From an uncultured Verrucomicrobiae bacterium (GTDB lineage Bacteria > Verrucomicrobiota > Verrucomicrobiia > Opitutales > JABDGR01): a stretch of 64,000 nt of DNA. The position numbers and the translations under genes were made by a program. Below, in pieces: positions 42,561 through 52,042 of this stretch. Within the stretch, counting starts at the first letter, position 1; each line of letters begins with the position of its first letter. The notes below the pieces were generated by a model, which ran no database searches, was not told the DNA's origin, and saw only the letters and a program-made list of their open reading frames with translations. Location: positions 448,001 to 512,000 of the forward strand of contig CAVXVB010000009.1 in NCBI GenBank assembly GCA_963765205.1. The letters are read 5' to 3'.

Positions 42561-43556
42561 ATGACCACGTTGCCGCTCCTTTTTGTCCGCCGGCTTGGGT
42601 GTCGGTTGCTGGCCTTGTCCCTTCTTTCGTTTGCAGGCTGTCAGTCATCACCCACGCCGCCGCCGACCTTGACCGTCGAAGGATATATTCGGGAAGGCGT
42701 CACGAAATTCGACCAAGAGGATTACGACGGCGCCATGGCCGATTACAACCGCGCCCTCGCGCTGCGGCCGGATGATTCCGACGCGCTCTATAACCTCGGA
42801 CTTGCGAAAAGCGGGAAACAGGACTTTGCCGGAGCCATCGCCGAATTCGATCAGGTGCTGGCCCAGAATCCGGGCGACGCCGACGCCTGCCTCAGCCGGG
42901 GCGGCGCGAAATTTTCCCTCCAGGACTACGCCGGCGCCATTGCGGATTACGACCGGGCGATTGCCCTCGAGCCGGATTTCACCGCCGCCATCTATTCCCG
43001 CGCCCTCGCGCACCGGCGCCAGGGCGACTACGACGCGGCCTTCGCCGATTACGACCACGCCATCGCCCTCGACCCGGATTACTGGCGCGCCTACAACGGG
43101 CGCGCCACCACGCACAACGCCCACGGCGATTTCGCCCTCGCCATCCTCGACTACGAAAAACGCATTGCGCTCGAACCCGACGGCGACGAATACGCCTGGT
43201 TCCAGCGCAGCCTGCTGATGCGCCGCCTCGGCCGTCCCGACGACGGCAAACTCGCCACACAAGTGGCCAGTTGGCCGGACGGCTGGCCCAAGACCGTCGG
43301 GCAATTTCTCCTCGGCAAAATCAGCGCGGACGACCTGCTCCGCCTCGCCGCCGCGACCGCTGATGCGCAGACCAAGCGCGAGCAGCTCTGCGAAGCCAAC
43401 TACTATGTCGGCATCACCGATCTGCTGGCCGGCCGCCCCGCCGAGGCGAAGGAAAAATTTACGGCCTGCGTGGCCACCGGCGTCTATCAATTTCTCGAAT
43501 CCCTTCTCGCCCGCTCCGAACTGGCCCGGATGCAGGCAGCGGCCGGCGCGCCGTGA
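42561..43556 (+). CDS. TPR-repeat lipoprotein (NlpI-like)
   Basis: Lipobox FAGC; about five TPRs (A.ADY.RA..L.P); C-terminal LCEANYYVG. Confidence 0.8.
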   Translation: MTTLPLLFVRRLGCRLLALSLLSFAGCQSSPTPPPTLTVEGYIREGVTKFDQEDYDGAMADYNRALALRPDDSDALYNLGLAKSGKQDFAGAIAEFDQVLAQNPGDADACLSRGGAKFSLQDYAGAIADYDRAIALEPDFTAAIYSRALAHRRQGDYDAAFADYDHAIALDPDYWRAYNGRATTHNAHGDFALAILDYEKRIALEPDGDEYAWFQRSLLMRRLGRPDDGKLATQVASWPDGWPKTVGQFLLGKISADDLLRLAAATADAQTKREQLCEANYYVGITDLLAGRPAEAKEKFTACVATGVYQFLESLLARSELARMQAAAGAP

Positions 43557-44062
43557 AGGGAGGGATTTATGCCAAAGCTGAATTGTTTTTGGTCTTCAGG
43601 ATGGAACTGTGAAACTTGAACCCACTTAGCCAGTTATGGATGGCAAAGCCTTGAAATGCTACAATTGAAACGAATCGAGTATCTCGAAAATTGCGGGTGA
43701 TTTGATAACCCATCCAAGTGCACTTGATTCGGATTTAGGTTCATTTCCATAGACGGTTAGTTCTGCTCTGGGTTGTGTGACAGGAACGACATGACGACCT
43801 ACGTATATTCCGAGAAATTGATTCATCTGCCCCGAGAAATTCCTTCTAAGGATTACAGGCGACCCAGATATACCACGAAGCGTAGTAGCATCTATCAGAA
43901 AGCGAGGGATGTCGTTGAAATCAGGCCCCGGGTCGTTAGCAATGTTTCCAATTTTCCAGATTGGTAAAGGGGTATTATCGTCAACCATGTTTACCAAACC
44001 AAGAGGATACCCGACGACAAAGACGGTATTCGTTACACCTACTTGCAGAGATCCAGGACTAA

Positions 44063-44944
44063 GAGCTTATCCGTAAATAAAAGTTGTTCGTCTGCAAACA
44101 ATAAGCGCGCTGGCGAGACAGAGCAAGGCTTCGTGGGAGGCGGCGGTTTTCTCAAACCGCACGAGGAGTTTGCGGTAGCGGTTGAGCCAGGAAGCGGTGC
44201 GTTCCACCACCCAGCGACGGGCTTGGCCGGTGGATCGGCGCGGGGCTGGTTTGGCTCCGCGGGCAGGCACATGCGGACGGTAGCCGTATTGGCGCATGGT
44301 GCGCAGGCCCGGTTTCCCCCAGTAACCCTTGTCGGCACACAAATGGGCCGTGCGCCGGTCGTGGCGCTGGCGCAACGTGCGGCGCACCAGCGTCACGTCG
44401 TGTTCATTGGCCCCGGCGACGATGAGCGACAGCGGGACGCCACGGGCGTCCACCAGCACGCTGCGCTTGCTCCCATTTTTTTCCCCGGTCGGTGGGGTTG
44501 GCTCCCACCGCTTCGCGCGCCAGAGGGGCCTTGACCAGGGAGCCATCGATGCTTTGCCACCGCCACGCGATGCCCTCCAATTCATCGTAGTCGGCCAGAC
44601 CGGCCCGCCACAACGCCTCGAAGAATCCGGCGGCGTGCCACTGCTGAAAGTATTTGTGCACGGAACTGGCGCTGCCATACCGGGCCTTGGACAGCGCTTT
44701 CCACTGGCAACCCGTGCGCAGCACGTAAACCACCGCCTCGAAGATGCGTCGAGGCGCGAGGGCCTTGCGGCCCGCGCCTGCGGCGCGACGGTAGCGCCCG
44801 CCCGCCTTCCGGCCGGCGCGCGCGGGAACCAAAGGCTCGACTTTGGCCCAGAATTCATCAGAGATTTCCCAGGAGGATAGTCGCGGCATCCCCGCAGTTT
44901 ATCCCGCCGCCTTCTCAACGCAATCCTTATTTACGGATAAGCTC
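44063..44944 (-). mobile_element. IS5-family insertion sequence (882 bp)
   Basis: Perfect 18-bp terminal IRs GAGCTTATCCGTAAATAA; TAA duplicated at 44060-62 and 44945-47. Confidence 0.95.
44067..44889 (-). CDS. IS5-family transposase in two frames (probable programmed -1 frameshift)
   Basis: orfA ISDEFW...YVLRTGCQW...IDG...NPTDRGK; slippery GGGGAAAAAAA at 44486-44476; orfB GSKRS..VD..G.PL, ADKGY, RWVVERT. Confidence 0.9.
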
Positions 44945-45377
44945 TAAGATGAAATTCGCAATGACATTTTGAAACGCCTTCCAGTTTCAGGACTGCAACA
45001 TCAATGCCTGCATTTGTTGGGTGAGTCTTAAATAATACATTACATGTGTTAGGGTCGTTGTCTCCATCTAGGAGTGAAGTTCGATGCTTAAACCAAAACC
45101 CATGAATTTTGACCCAATTAGGCAGTGAACGTTCGGTATGAATTATTTTATTTGTTTCTGGGTTTCTGCCTGTAAGATTATGTCTGGCTGTGACAAGATA
45201 AAATCGATGGTGTAAATCGCTAATAATAATTCCAGTCCCTGTTGCTAAGTCTGTAGCTGTGTCTTCAGAGTGACCAGGAATTTGAAATTGCATAGTTAAA
45301 CGAACAACCGCTCTTGAGAGAGGGTCAGCTTCGGCTACCGGATCGTTATAATAGAATGGAGCTGCCATTGGCGTAAT

Positions 45378-46283
45378 TCACTTCTTCGGCAGCAGCTTCA
45401 AATCCACGAGCCAGTCCTGCAGGCGGTCGTTCCAGGTGCTGACGGGGTGGTCGTGAGTTTCGAGCGCAAAACCGTGCGCGCCGTTGGTGTAGATGTGCAG
45501 CTCGGCGGGCATCTGGGCTGTTTGATAGGCGGTGAAAACTTTGATGGCGTTGGCCGCACCGGGGGCGTCTTCAAATGTGCCAGCGAGAAAGAGCGGCGGG
45601 GCGTCTTTCGGGACGGTCAAGGGCGCATCCATTGTGCCGGGGTAGAGAATCACTTCGAAATCGGGGCGCGAGCTGGCGCGTTCGATGGGGTCGGCGGCGT
45701 CGGGCTTCCCGGCGTCGAAGCGCGTGCCCGCATAGGCGGCCATCGCACCGCCGGCGGAAAAGCCCATCAGGCCGATGCGCTTCGGGTCGAGACCCCAGTC
45801 GGCGGCGCAGCTGCGCACGAGGCGCAGGGCGCGCAAGGCGTCGCCAATCGAAGTGTCGAGCGTGTAACTGGGAAAGCCCGGCGTCTTCGAGAGCCGGTAT
45901 TTCACGACGAAGGCGGAGACGCCGATTTTGTTGAGCCAGAGCGCGATGTCGCGCCCCTCGTGGTCAATGGTCAGCGTGTTAAAGCCGCCGCCGGGGCAGA
46001 CGAGCACCGCCGCGCCGGTCGCGGTTTCCTTCGGCGCGGGGAAGACATAGACCGACGGGTAATGCACGGGCGAGAGGTGGCCGTGCGGGCTGCGCGCGGT
46101 GGGCGGCGAATAATTTTCCCGGGCGGTGATGCCTTCGGAGCCGGGCGCGCCGTTGGGCCAGAGCAAAATTTCCGGGGTGCCGGGCCACGGCGGCGTCAGC
46201 GCCGGCACTTGATAATCGGCGGCGTGCGCCAGAGTTGATAAACCTAGTGCGAGCGACAATAACAAGAGGCGGGGGGATTTCAT
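45378..46283 (-). CDS. Secreted alpha/beta hydrolase (carbohydrate esterase-like)
   Basis: Signal peptide; LWPNGAPG, PGGGF, MGFSAGG, SSRPDF, HGF. Confidence 0.88.
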   Translation of the reverse strand: MKSPRLLLLSLALGLSTLAHAADYQVPALTPPWPGTPEILLWPNGAPGSEGITARENYSPPTARSPHGHLSPVHYPSVYVFPAPKETATGAAVLVCPGGGFNTLTIDHEGRDIALWLNKIGVSAFVVKYRLSKTPGFPSYTLDTSIGDALRALRLVRSCAADWGLDPKRIGLMGFSAGGAMAAYAGTRFDAGKPDAADPIERASSRPDFEVILYPGTMDAPLTVPKDAPPLFLAGTFEDAPGAANAIKVFTAYQTAQMPAELHIYTNGAHGFALETHDHPVSTWNDRLQDWLVDLKLLPKK

Positions 46284-47278
46284 GGCGTGGTGGATTTGGG
46301 TTTGGAAGGTGTGGTAGTGGACGCAGCGGCCTTCGCGGCCGCGCCGGGGGTGGTCAGGCTTTCAACCGGCGCGAAATCGTCTGTCAACAGCGGCGCGGTG
46401 AGGTAATTTTTCGGGGGCGTGGATTGGAGATTATCAAGGCGGTCAAGGAAATCGGGGAAGGTGATTTTTTTTGCGTCCACCAGCGGCGTGGCGATTTTCT
46501 TCAGCGCGTCGAGGCTGGTGGCGTCCTTCTTGAGCGTGGCGACCATGACGACGTTGAGGCTGGTCTGCGCCTGGAAGACATAAACCTGCGCGAAGACCTC
46601 CTTGAGCGTGCGGTAAATCGAGGCGACGATGTCGCTGGTGTTGTAGCCCTGGAGGATGGTGATGACGTTGTAGGCCAGCACGCCGTCGGGCGCGAGGTGT
46701 TCCTTGGCGAGCTGGAAAAATTCCTTCGTCACCAATTCATACGGGATGCTCGCGCCGTAGCGGCCCTGCGTGTAGGCGTCCATCAGGATGGCGTCGTATT
46801 TATTTTTGGTGTGGGTCAGGAATTGGCGACCGTCGAGCACGTCCAGTTTCTGCCGGTCGCCGAGGGTGTAGGCGAAATATTTTTGCGCCACGTCGGCGAC
46901 CATGGGGTCAATTTCCGCAGTCTCCATGGTGACCTCGGGATGGTAATGCGCCATGGCTTTCTGGGTGCTGGCGCCGCCGAGGCCGAGCATGAGGATGTTT
47001 TTGATGTCGGGCTTCCACAGCCAGATCGTCTGGAAATAGTCCGTGTATTCAAACGCGCCGGCAAAGGGATTTTTGACTTCCATGCGCGACTCCATCGTGT
47101 CGTCGAAATAGAGCGTGCGCACGCCGTCCTCATCCACCACGGCGATATTGTGGTAGGGCGAGGTGCCGGTATAGACGATGTCCGTCTCGAGGACAGGGGC
47201 GTTTTGAGCGGACGCGCGCGGCACAGCGGCCAGCGCAAGGACGACGCCGGCGGCCAGGCAGGAAAACAACTTAGGCAT
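46280..47278 (-). CDS. Spermidine-synthase-like SAM-binding domain protein
   Basis: SPYHNI.V, LGLGGAS, EIDP, DGRQFL, YDAILMDAY, T.EFF, LTDDFAPVE. Confidence 0.8.
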   Translation of the reverse strand: MPKLFSCLAAGVVLALAAVPRASAQNAPVLETDIVYTGTSPYHNIAVVDEDGVRTLYFDDTMESRMEVKNPFAGAFEYTDYFQTIWLWKPDIKNILMLGLGGASTQKAMAHYHPEVTMETAEIDPMVADVAQKYFAYTLGDRQKLDVLDGRQFLTHTKNKYDAILMDAYTQGRYGASIPYELVTKEFFQLAKEHLAPDGVLAYNVITILQGYNTSDIVASIYRTLKEVFAQVYVFQAQTSLNVVMVATLKKDATSLDALKKIATPLVDAKKITFPDFLDRLDNLQSTPPKNYLTAPLLTDDFAPVESLTTPGAAAKAAASTTTPSKPKSTTP

Positions 47279-47936
47279 GGGGCGGGGGTGGGGCAGGGGT
47301 GGGGGAAGGGCTGGCGAGGTCCGGCGGGCGCAGCCAACTATTGAGCGCGACGCAGGCCGCCGCCAAGACGATAATTGCGCAGCCGGTCACGTAGAAAATG
47401 ACCGTCAGCGAGGCGGTTTGCAGCAAAATATAGCCCGACACAAAGACGCCCGCGATGCTGCCAACGGTGCTGGCCGCGAAAATCAACCCGCTGGCGCGGC
47501 CGACCTGGGCGATGTTGCGCGCGCAAATCTGCGTCACATAGGGCGAGAGCATGGCCAGCAGCACACAGGGGAAGAGAAACACGACCGCGCTGCCCAGCAC
47601 CGGGTCGAGAAACTGGCGCAACGGGGTCAGCTCGACGCCCGGCGGAGTGCTGACCGCGTTGATGAGGTGGTCGGCGAAATTCGGGATGTTAAAGGTGAAT
47701 AGACCCGCGGGAAACAGCAGCCAGGCCAGGTAGCCGAGCCGCCGCCAGCGATCGGCCAGGATGCCGCCCCAATAATATCCCAGCGCGAGCGCGACCATGA
47801 CCAGGCCGATCTGGTTCACCCAGACGTAATACGACGTGCCAAAATGCGGCGCGAGAAACCGCGTGCCGATGATCTCGAGCACCATGATGGCGAAGCCGCC
47901 GACAAAGACGAGGCACGCTGCCGCAAAGGAACGCAT
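47271..47936 (-). CDS. Membrane (MFS-like) half of a fused MFS/spermidine-synthase family protein
   Basis: GFAIMVLEIIGTR.LAP.FG.S..VW...IG; G...A.STVGSI.G. Confidence 0.8.
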   Translation of the reverse strand: MRSFAAACLVFVGGFAIMVLEIIGTRFLAPHFGTSYYVWVNQIGLVMVALALGYYWGGILADRWRRLGYLAWLLFPAGLFTFNIPNFADHLINAVSTPPGVELTPLRQFLDPVLGSAVVFLFPCVLLAMLSPYVTQICARNIAQVGRASGLIFAASTVGSIAGVFVSGYILLQTASLTVIFYVTGCAIIVLAAACVALNSWLRPPDLASPSPTPAPPPPHA

Positions 47937-48021
47937 CGGGGGAACATGGATAAACACCGATGCTGAGTCAAAGTTTGTATATTGTCGGCGATGATACAGA
48001 TTGACTCGTCTTCGATATAGG

Positions 48022-48402
48022 TTACTTGCCTGGGCGGTGGCGTCTGATGATGGGGGCCGGAGGAATTTTATTCGATTCCCGGGGGCGGCGCGGGCCGGTT
48101 GGGTAGGTGGAGCGAGCCGCCAGTTCGTGGCTGTGCACGGGATTGAGATTCGCGACTTGGTTGCACAGATCACGCAGGTCGCTCACTTTTCTTATCAACG
48201 GATCCACGGTGCGGATTGAATGTGGTTCATTGGGCCGGGCGGCGGCGCTTTTGGCGAGGGGTGGCTTTTTTGGACTTTCTTTCGTCACGACTTGGGCGCG
48301 CCGGGCTTCTTCGCGCCGGGCGGCTTGGCGCACCGGCTCCATCCGGAGGAAGAAGTCCCGGAGGTCGCTCACTTCGCGGATCGTTTGTTCGAGGTTGGTC
48401 AT
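48022..48402 (-). CDS. Small hypothetical protein with an internal duplication
   Basis: Strong SD AAGGAGGG before ATG 48402; IREVSDLRDF / IRKVSDLRDL repeat. Confidence 0.5.
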   Translation of the reverse strand: MTNLEQTIREVSDLRDFFLRMEPVRQAARREEARRAQVVTKESPKKPPLAKSAAARPNEPHSIRTVDPLIRKVSDLRDLCNQVANLNPVHSHELAARSTYPTGPRRPRESNKIPPAPIIRRHRPGK

Positions 48403-48457
48403 TTGATTCCCCTCCTTCGCCAAGGCACAGAGGGCGAACGAAGGTGAGTCCGGCGGC

Positions 48458-49867
48458 TCACACGTCATAATACATATGGAATTCGTGCGGGTGCGGGCGC
48501 AGGCGGACGGCGTCGTATTCGGCTTTTTTGAGGGCGATGTAGTTGTCGAGGAAGTCCTTGGTGAAGACGTTGCCTTTGAGGAGGAAGGCGTGGTCGGCTT
48601 CGAGGGCTTCGAGCGCGCCTTTGAGGGACTCGGGGACGGTCTTGATGAGGGCGGCTTCCTCGGGTTCGAGGTCGTAGAGGTTTTTGTCCATCGGGGCGCC
48701 GGGATCAATTTTGTTTTTGATGCCGTCGAGGCCGGCCAGCAGCAGCGCGGAGAAGGCGAGGTAGGGGTTGGCGGCCGGGTCGGGGCAGCGGAACTCGACG
48801 CGCTTGGCTTTCGGGCTGGGGCTGTAGGTCGGAATGCGGCAGATGGCGGAGCGGTTGCGCGCCGAGTAAGCGAGATTCACCGGCGCTTCAAAACCCGGCA
48901 CGAGGCGTTTATATGAATTGTTGGTCGGATTCGTGATGGCGCAGAGAGCCGGGCAGTGTTTGAGCAAACCGCCAATGAAGTAGAGCGCGTTTTTGGACAA
49001 GCCAGCGTAGCCGTCACCGTGGAAGGTGGGCTTGCCGGCTTTCCAGAGCGAGATGTGCGTGTGCATGCCGGAGCCGTTGTCGCCGAAGAGGGGCTTGGGC
49101 ATGAAGGTCGCGGTCTTGCCGTGTTTGATGGCGACGTTTTTGACCACATATTTATACACGCACATTTTGTCGGCGCATTTCAGGAGCGGGCTGAAGCGGA
49201 TGTCAATTTCAGCCTGGCCGGCGGTGGCGACCTCGTGATGCTCGCGCTCGATGTCAATGCCCAGTTCCATCATGGTGAGGATCATCTCATTGCGAATGTC
49301 CACGAGTTTGTCATTCGGCGCGACGGGGAGGTAGCCCTCCTTGTGGCGGATTTTGTAGCCGAGGGAGGGGAACTCCTCCTTGCCGGTGTTCCAAATGCCC
49401 TCGTTGGAGTCCACGGAGTAAAAGGCATTGTTGCTCGCGCCGCCGAAGCGCACGTCGTCAAAGATGAAGAATTCCGCCTCGGGGCCGCAGTAGCAGGTGT
49501 CGCCAGCGTCGGTGGTTTTCAAATACGCCTCGGCTTTTTTGGCGATGCCGCGCGGGGAGCGGTCATACGGCTCGCGGGTGAGCGGGTCTTCGACATCGCA
49601 AATGAGGCTGAGGGTGGGATACTTGGTGAAGGGGTCCACAAACGCCGTGCCGGGGTCGGGCATGACGAGCATGTCCGAGGCCTCGATGCCTTTCCAGCCG
49701 CGGATGGACGAGCCGTCAAAGCCGATGCCGTCCGTGAAAATGCCCTCGGTCAACTCATTGGTGGGAATGGCGAAGTGTTGCCAGGTGCCATGAATATCGC
49801 AGAACTTGAGGTCCACGATTTTGATGTCTTTGGCTTTGGCCAAAGCGAGAACTTCTTTGGGGGTCAT
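48458..49867 (-). CDS. glnA: Glutamine synthetase type I (beta)
   Basis: [51 protein letters not shown] adenylylation site; start MTPKEVL. Confidence 0.97.
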   Translation of the reverse strand: MTPKEVLALAKAKDIKIVDLKFCDIHGTWQHFAIPTNELTEGIFTDGIGFDGSSIRGWKGIEASDMLVMPDPGTAFVDPFTKYPTLSLICDVEDPLTREPYDRSPRGIAKKAEAYLKTTDAGDTCYCGPEAEFFIFDDVRFGGASNNAFYSVDSNEGIWNTGKEEFPSLGYKIRHKEGYLPVAPNDKLVDIRNEMILTMMELGIDIEREHHEVATAGQAEIDIRFSPLLKCADKMCVYKYVVKNVAIKHGKTATFMPKPLFGDNGSGMHTHISLWKAGKPTFHGDGYAGLSKNALYFIGGLLKHCPALCAITNPTNNSYKRLVPGFEAPVNLAYSARNRSAICRIPTYSPSPKAKRVEFRCPDPAANPYLAFSALLLAGLDGIKNKIDPGAPMDKNLYDLEPEEAALIKTVPESLKGALEALEADHAFLLKGNVFTKDFLDNYIALKKAEYDAVRLRPHPHEFHMYYDV

Positions 49868-50021
49868 GGTGTTTTTTGGTTCGATGCTGAATGGAATAAT
49901 GGGTATGGTCGGGCGCGTCAATCTTGTCAACAGCGACGCAGCCGACCCCTGCGGGAACCGGCGCAGTGTATAAAAAATGCCTGATTTGATGAAGGTGTTT
50001 TGTTGACTGGATGGAAATTTT

Positions 50022-51983
50022 ATGAAAAATGGCGAGCACACGATTTTTATTGAAACACCGACGGTATCCTGGCTGACGGTGCTGCTGGGTGGTGCCTTGG
50101 TGGCGGGTAATGTGGTGGAATTGGGTGGGGTGGAACCGGCGGCCCGCGAATGGTCGGCCTGGATGCTGGCGGGGCTGGTGGTGGTGCATGGGGTAAGCAT
50201 GGCCTGGCGGTGGGGAGTGGAGCAGGAGGATCTGCGCCTGCCACGATGGCCGTTATGGGCGGCGACGATCGTGCTTGGTCTCTGGTTTGCCTGGTGGCAC
50301 GACCAGGCGCACCCGATGCGCTCCGGCCACCTGTTTTTTTTGGCGGCTGAAGCGTGGTTGTTATGCTGGATTGTGGCGGCAACCCCCGGAGGGCGCGCGT
50401 TATCCTGGGCCTGGTTGCTGGTGGTGGTCATGGCGGCGGGGCTGGCCTTGGCGGCGGCCGTGGGCTGGCAAGCGCGCAGGAGTGGGTTGTGGTTGCCGAT
50501 GGAGCGGCAATTGCCCGCGATGTGGAGGGGAGACTGGAGCGGGACGCTGCCATCGCCCGCTGCGTTCGGGGTGCTGATGTTGCTGGCCGGGCCGGTGTTG
50601 TTGGTCATGGCTGGGTCGCGCCACCTGCCATTTTTTTGGAGGGTATTTTCCGCGATGGGAGGGTTAATCATGCTAGTGGGCGCTCTGCATACATTTTGCC
50701 TGGGCGTATGGTTAGGGGTGGTGATGGCGGTGGGTGTATCGCCGTGGGTGGTGACGAATTCCCGCGTGGGGCGGTATGTTGGGTGGGGCTGTGCTATGGC
50801 ATTTTTGGCCGGGGCGGTGATTTATTTGCATGAAGCCCGGATCCCGGGTGAGTCCTGGCTGGCGCCACTTTTGACGGGGGAAACGCCGTTGGATGCCACC
50901 CGGGTTGCGTTGGCCGAGGCCTGGCAGCACAATCCATGGCTGGGTGGGAGTGGGGAGACAGTGTCCGATTTGGCCCGCGCGGCTGATTGGCCGCTACCGG
51001 ATGGTGGGTGGAGTTATTGTTTTAGCGATTGGTTGGAATTGGCGGTGGCGTGGGGCATGGGCGGGGTGGCGCTGGCGGCAGTTGTTTTGGGTGGGTTGTT
51101 ATGGGCGGCCTGGTCAAGTTGGGCGCGGCTGCCGTTTTCCGTTGCGCCGGAAGCCGCCTATGAGATGTCCGCAGTCGGGCCAAGGGGTGGTTTGACGGCA
51201 AAAGGGACCTACACGCCCGAGGCCAAGGTGTTGCTGGCGGCCGGGGCGCTGGGCTTGTCGGCGGTGGTGGTGGCGATGACTGCGTGCCGGGCTTGGAATA
51301 TTCCGGCGGTGGTGTTCGTTTTTGCAGTGGTGGTCGGGGTGGTGGCACGCAATGTCCCGCAGCGCGGCGGGTCGGTGCGGTTGGAGGCCGAGACGCGCGG
51401 CACACTGGGACTCGGTCTGGCGGCGATGGCGTCAATGCTGCTAGCGGGGAAGGTCGCGCCAGCATGGGCGGCGCAGGGTAAGCTGGATGAAGCGCAGGAG
51501 TTCTTGGTGGAAATTGACGCACAGCCCAATGCGGAATTACTGGCGCAAGCGGCGGCAGACTTGCGCGAGGTGCTGGCCTGGCAGCCCGGCAATGGGCGGG
51601 CGCTGACCGGGCTGGCCTGGTTGGATATGGAATGGGCGCGGCTAGATCCCGGGCAATTCACTATTTACAGCGAAAGGGCGGAAAACAACGCGGTGCGCGC
51701 GATTGAATTTGCGCCGCAGGCACCTGAGCCGTGGATTGTGCGAGGGCTGGCGTGCCTGCTGGTCAACCGGGTGGCGGACGCGTGTAATCACCTCGGCCAT
51801 GCCCTCGATTTGGCCCCACACAATCCCGAGGCGCAATATTACGCGAGCACCATACTCCTGGCCGAGACGGGTGCGAAGAATGGGCCGTTAATGATGCGGA
51901 TGCTGCCGCCGCGCTATGAGCCGCCACCATCATGGCCCCCGCTGGATGGCGAGCCGGCGGAGGGCGCCCGGCCGCCGCCGTGA
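50022..51983 (+). CDS. O-antigen-ligase-like polytopic membrane protein with C-terminal TPR region
   Basis: More than 10 hydrophobic helices; [27 protein letters not shown]-like tail. Confidence 0.6.
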   Translation: MKNGEHTIFIETPTVSWLTVLLGGALVAGNVVELGGVEPAAREWSAWMLAGLVVVHGVSMAWRWGVEQEDLRLPRWPLWAATIVLGLWFAWWHDQAHPMRSGHLFFLAAEAWLLCWIVAATPGGRALSWAWLLVVVMAAGLALAAAVGWQARRSGLWLPMERQLPAMWRGDWSGTLPSPAAFGVLMLLAGPVLLVMAGSRHLPFFWRVFSAMGGLIMLVGALHTFCLGVWLGVVMAVGVSPWVVTNSRVGRYVGWGCAMAFLAGAVIYLHEARIPGESWLAPLLTGETPLDATRVALAEAWQHNPWLGGSGETVSDLARAADWPLPDGGWSYCFSDWLELAVAWGMGGVALAAVVLGGLLWAAWSSWARLPFSVAPEAAYEMSAVGPRGGLTAKGTYTPEAKVLLAAGALGLSAVVVAMTACRAWNIPAVVFVFAVVVGVVARNVPQRGGSVRLEAETRGTLGLGLAAMASMLLAGKVAPAWAAQGKLDEAQEFLVEIDAQPNAELLAQAAADLREVLAWQPGNGRALTGLAWLDMEWARLDPGQFTIYSERAENNAVRAIEFAPQAPEPWIVRGLACLLVNRVADACNHLGHALDLAPHNPEAQYYASTILLAETGAKNGPLMMRMLPPRYEPPPSWPPLDGEPAEGARPPP

Positions 51984-52042
51984 AAAATTTCGATTCTTAA
52001 GAGTTGGCTCAAGTCGGGGTGTGGTTTATAAATGAAACGGTC

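Larger units (their letters stand above)
43659..45368 (-). pseudogene. Trypsin-like serine protease gene (low GC) split by an IS5-family element
   Basis: Removing the IS and one TAA gives a 274-aa frame (EFHL|SPGSLQV); triad TARHN, IDVAVL, GISGSPV; VVGYP. Confidence 0.88.

Noticed and set aside
44476..44486. Transposase frameshift as a sequencing error or pseudogene
   Set aside because: It falls on an A7 slippery run at the orfA/orfB junction, as expected for two-ORF IS5-family elements.
48115..48145. PVHSHEL as a displaced glnA tail (RPHPHEF)
   Set aside because: Match too short and lacks the terminal YYDV; likely chance.
49868..50671. 268-aa N-terminal extension of glnA in the ORF track
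   Set aside because: It is largely the antisense of the 50022 gene; GS homology starts at MTPKEVL (49867).
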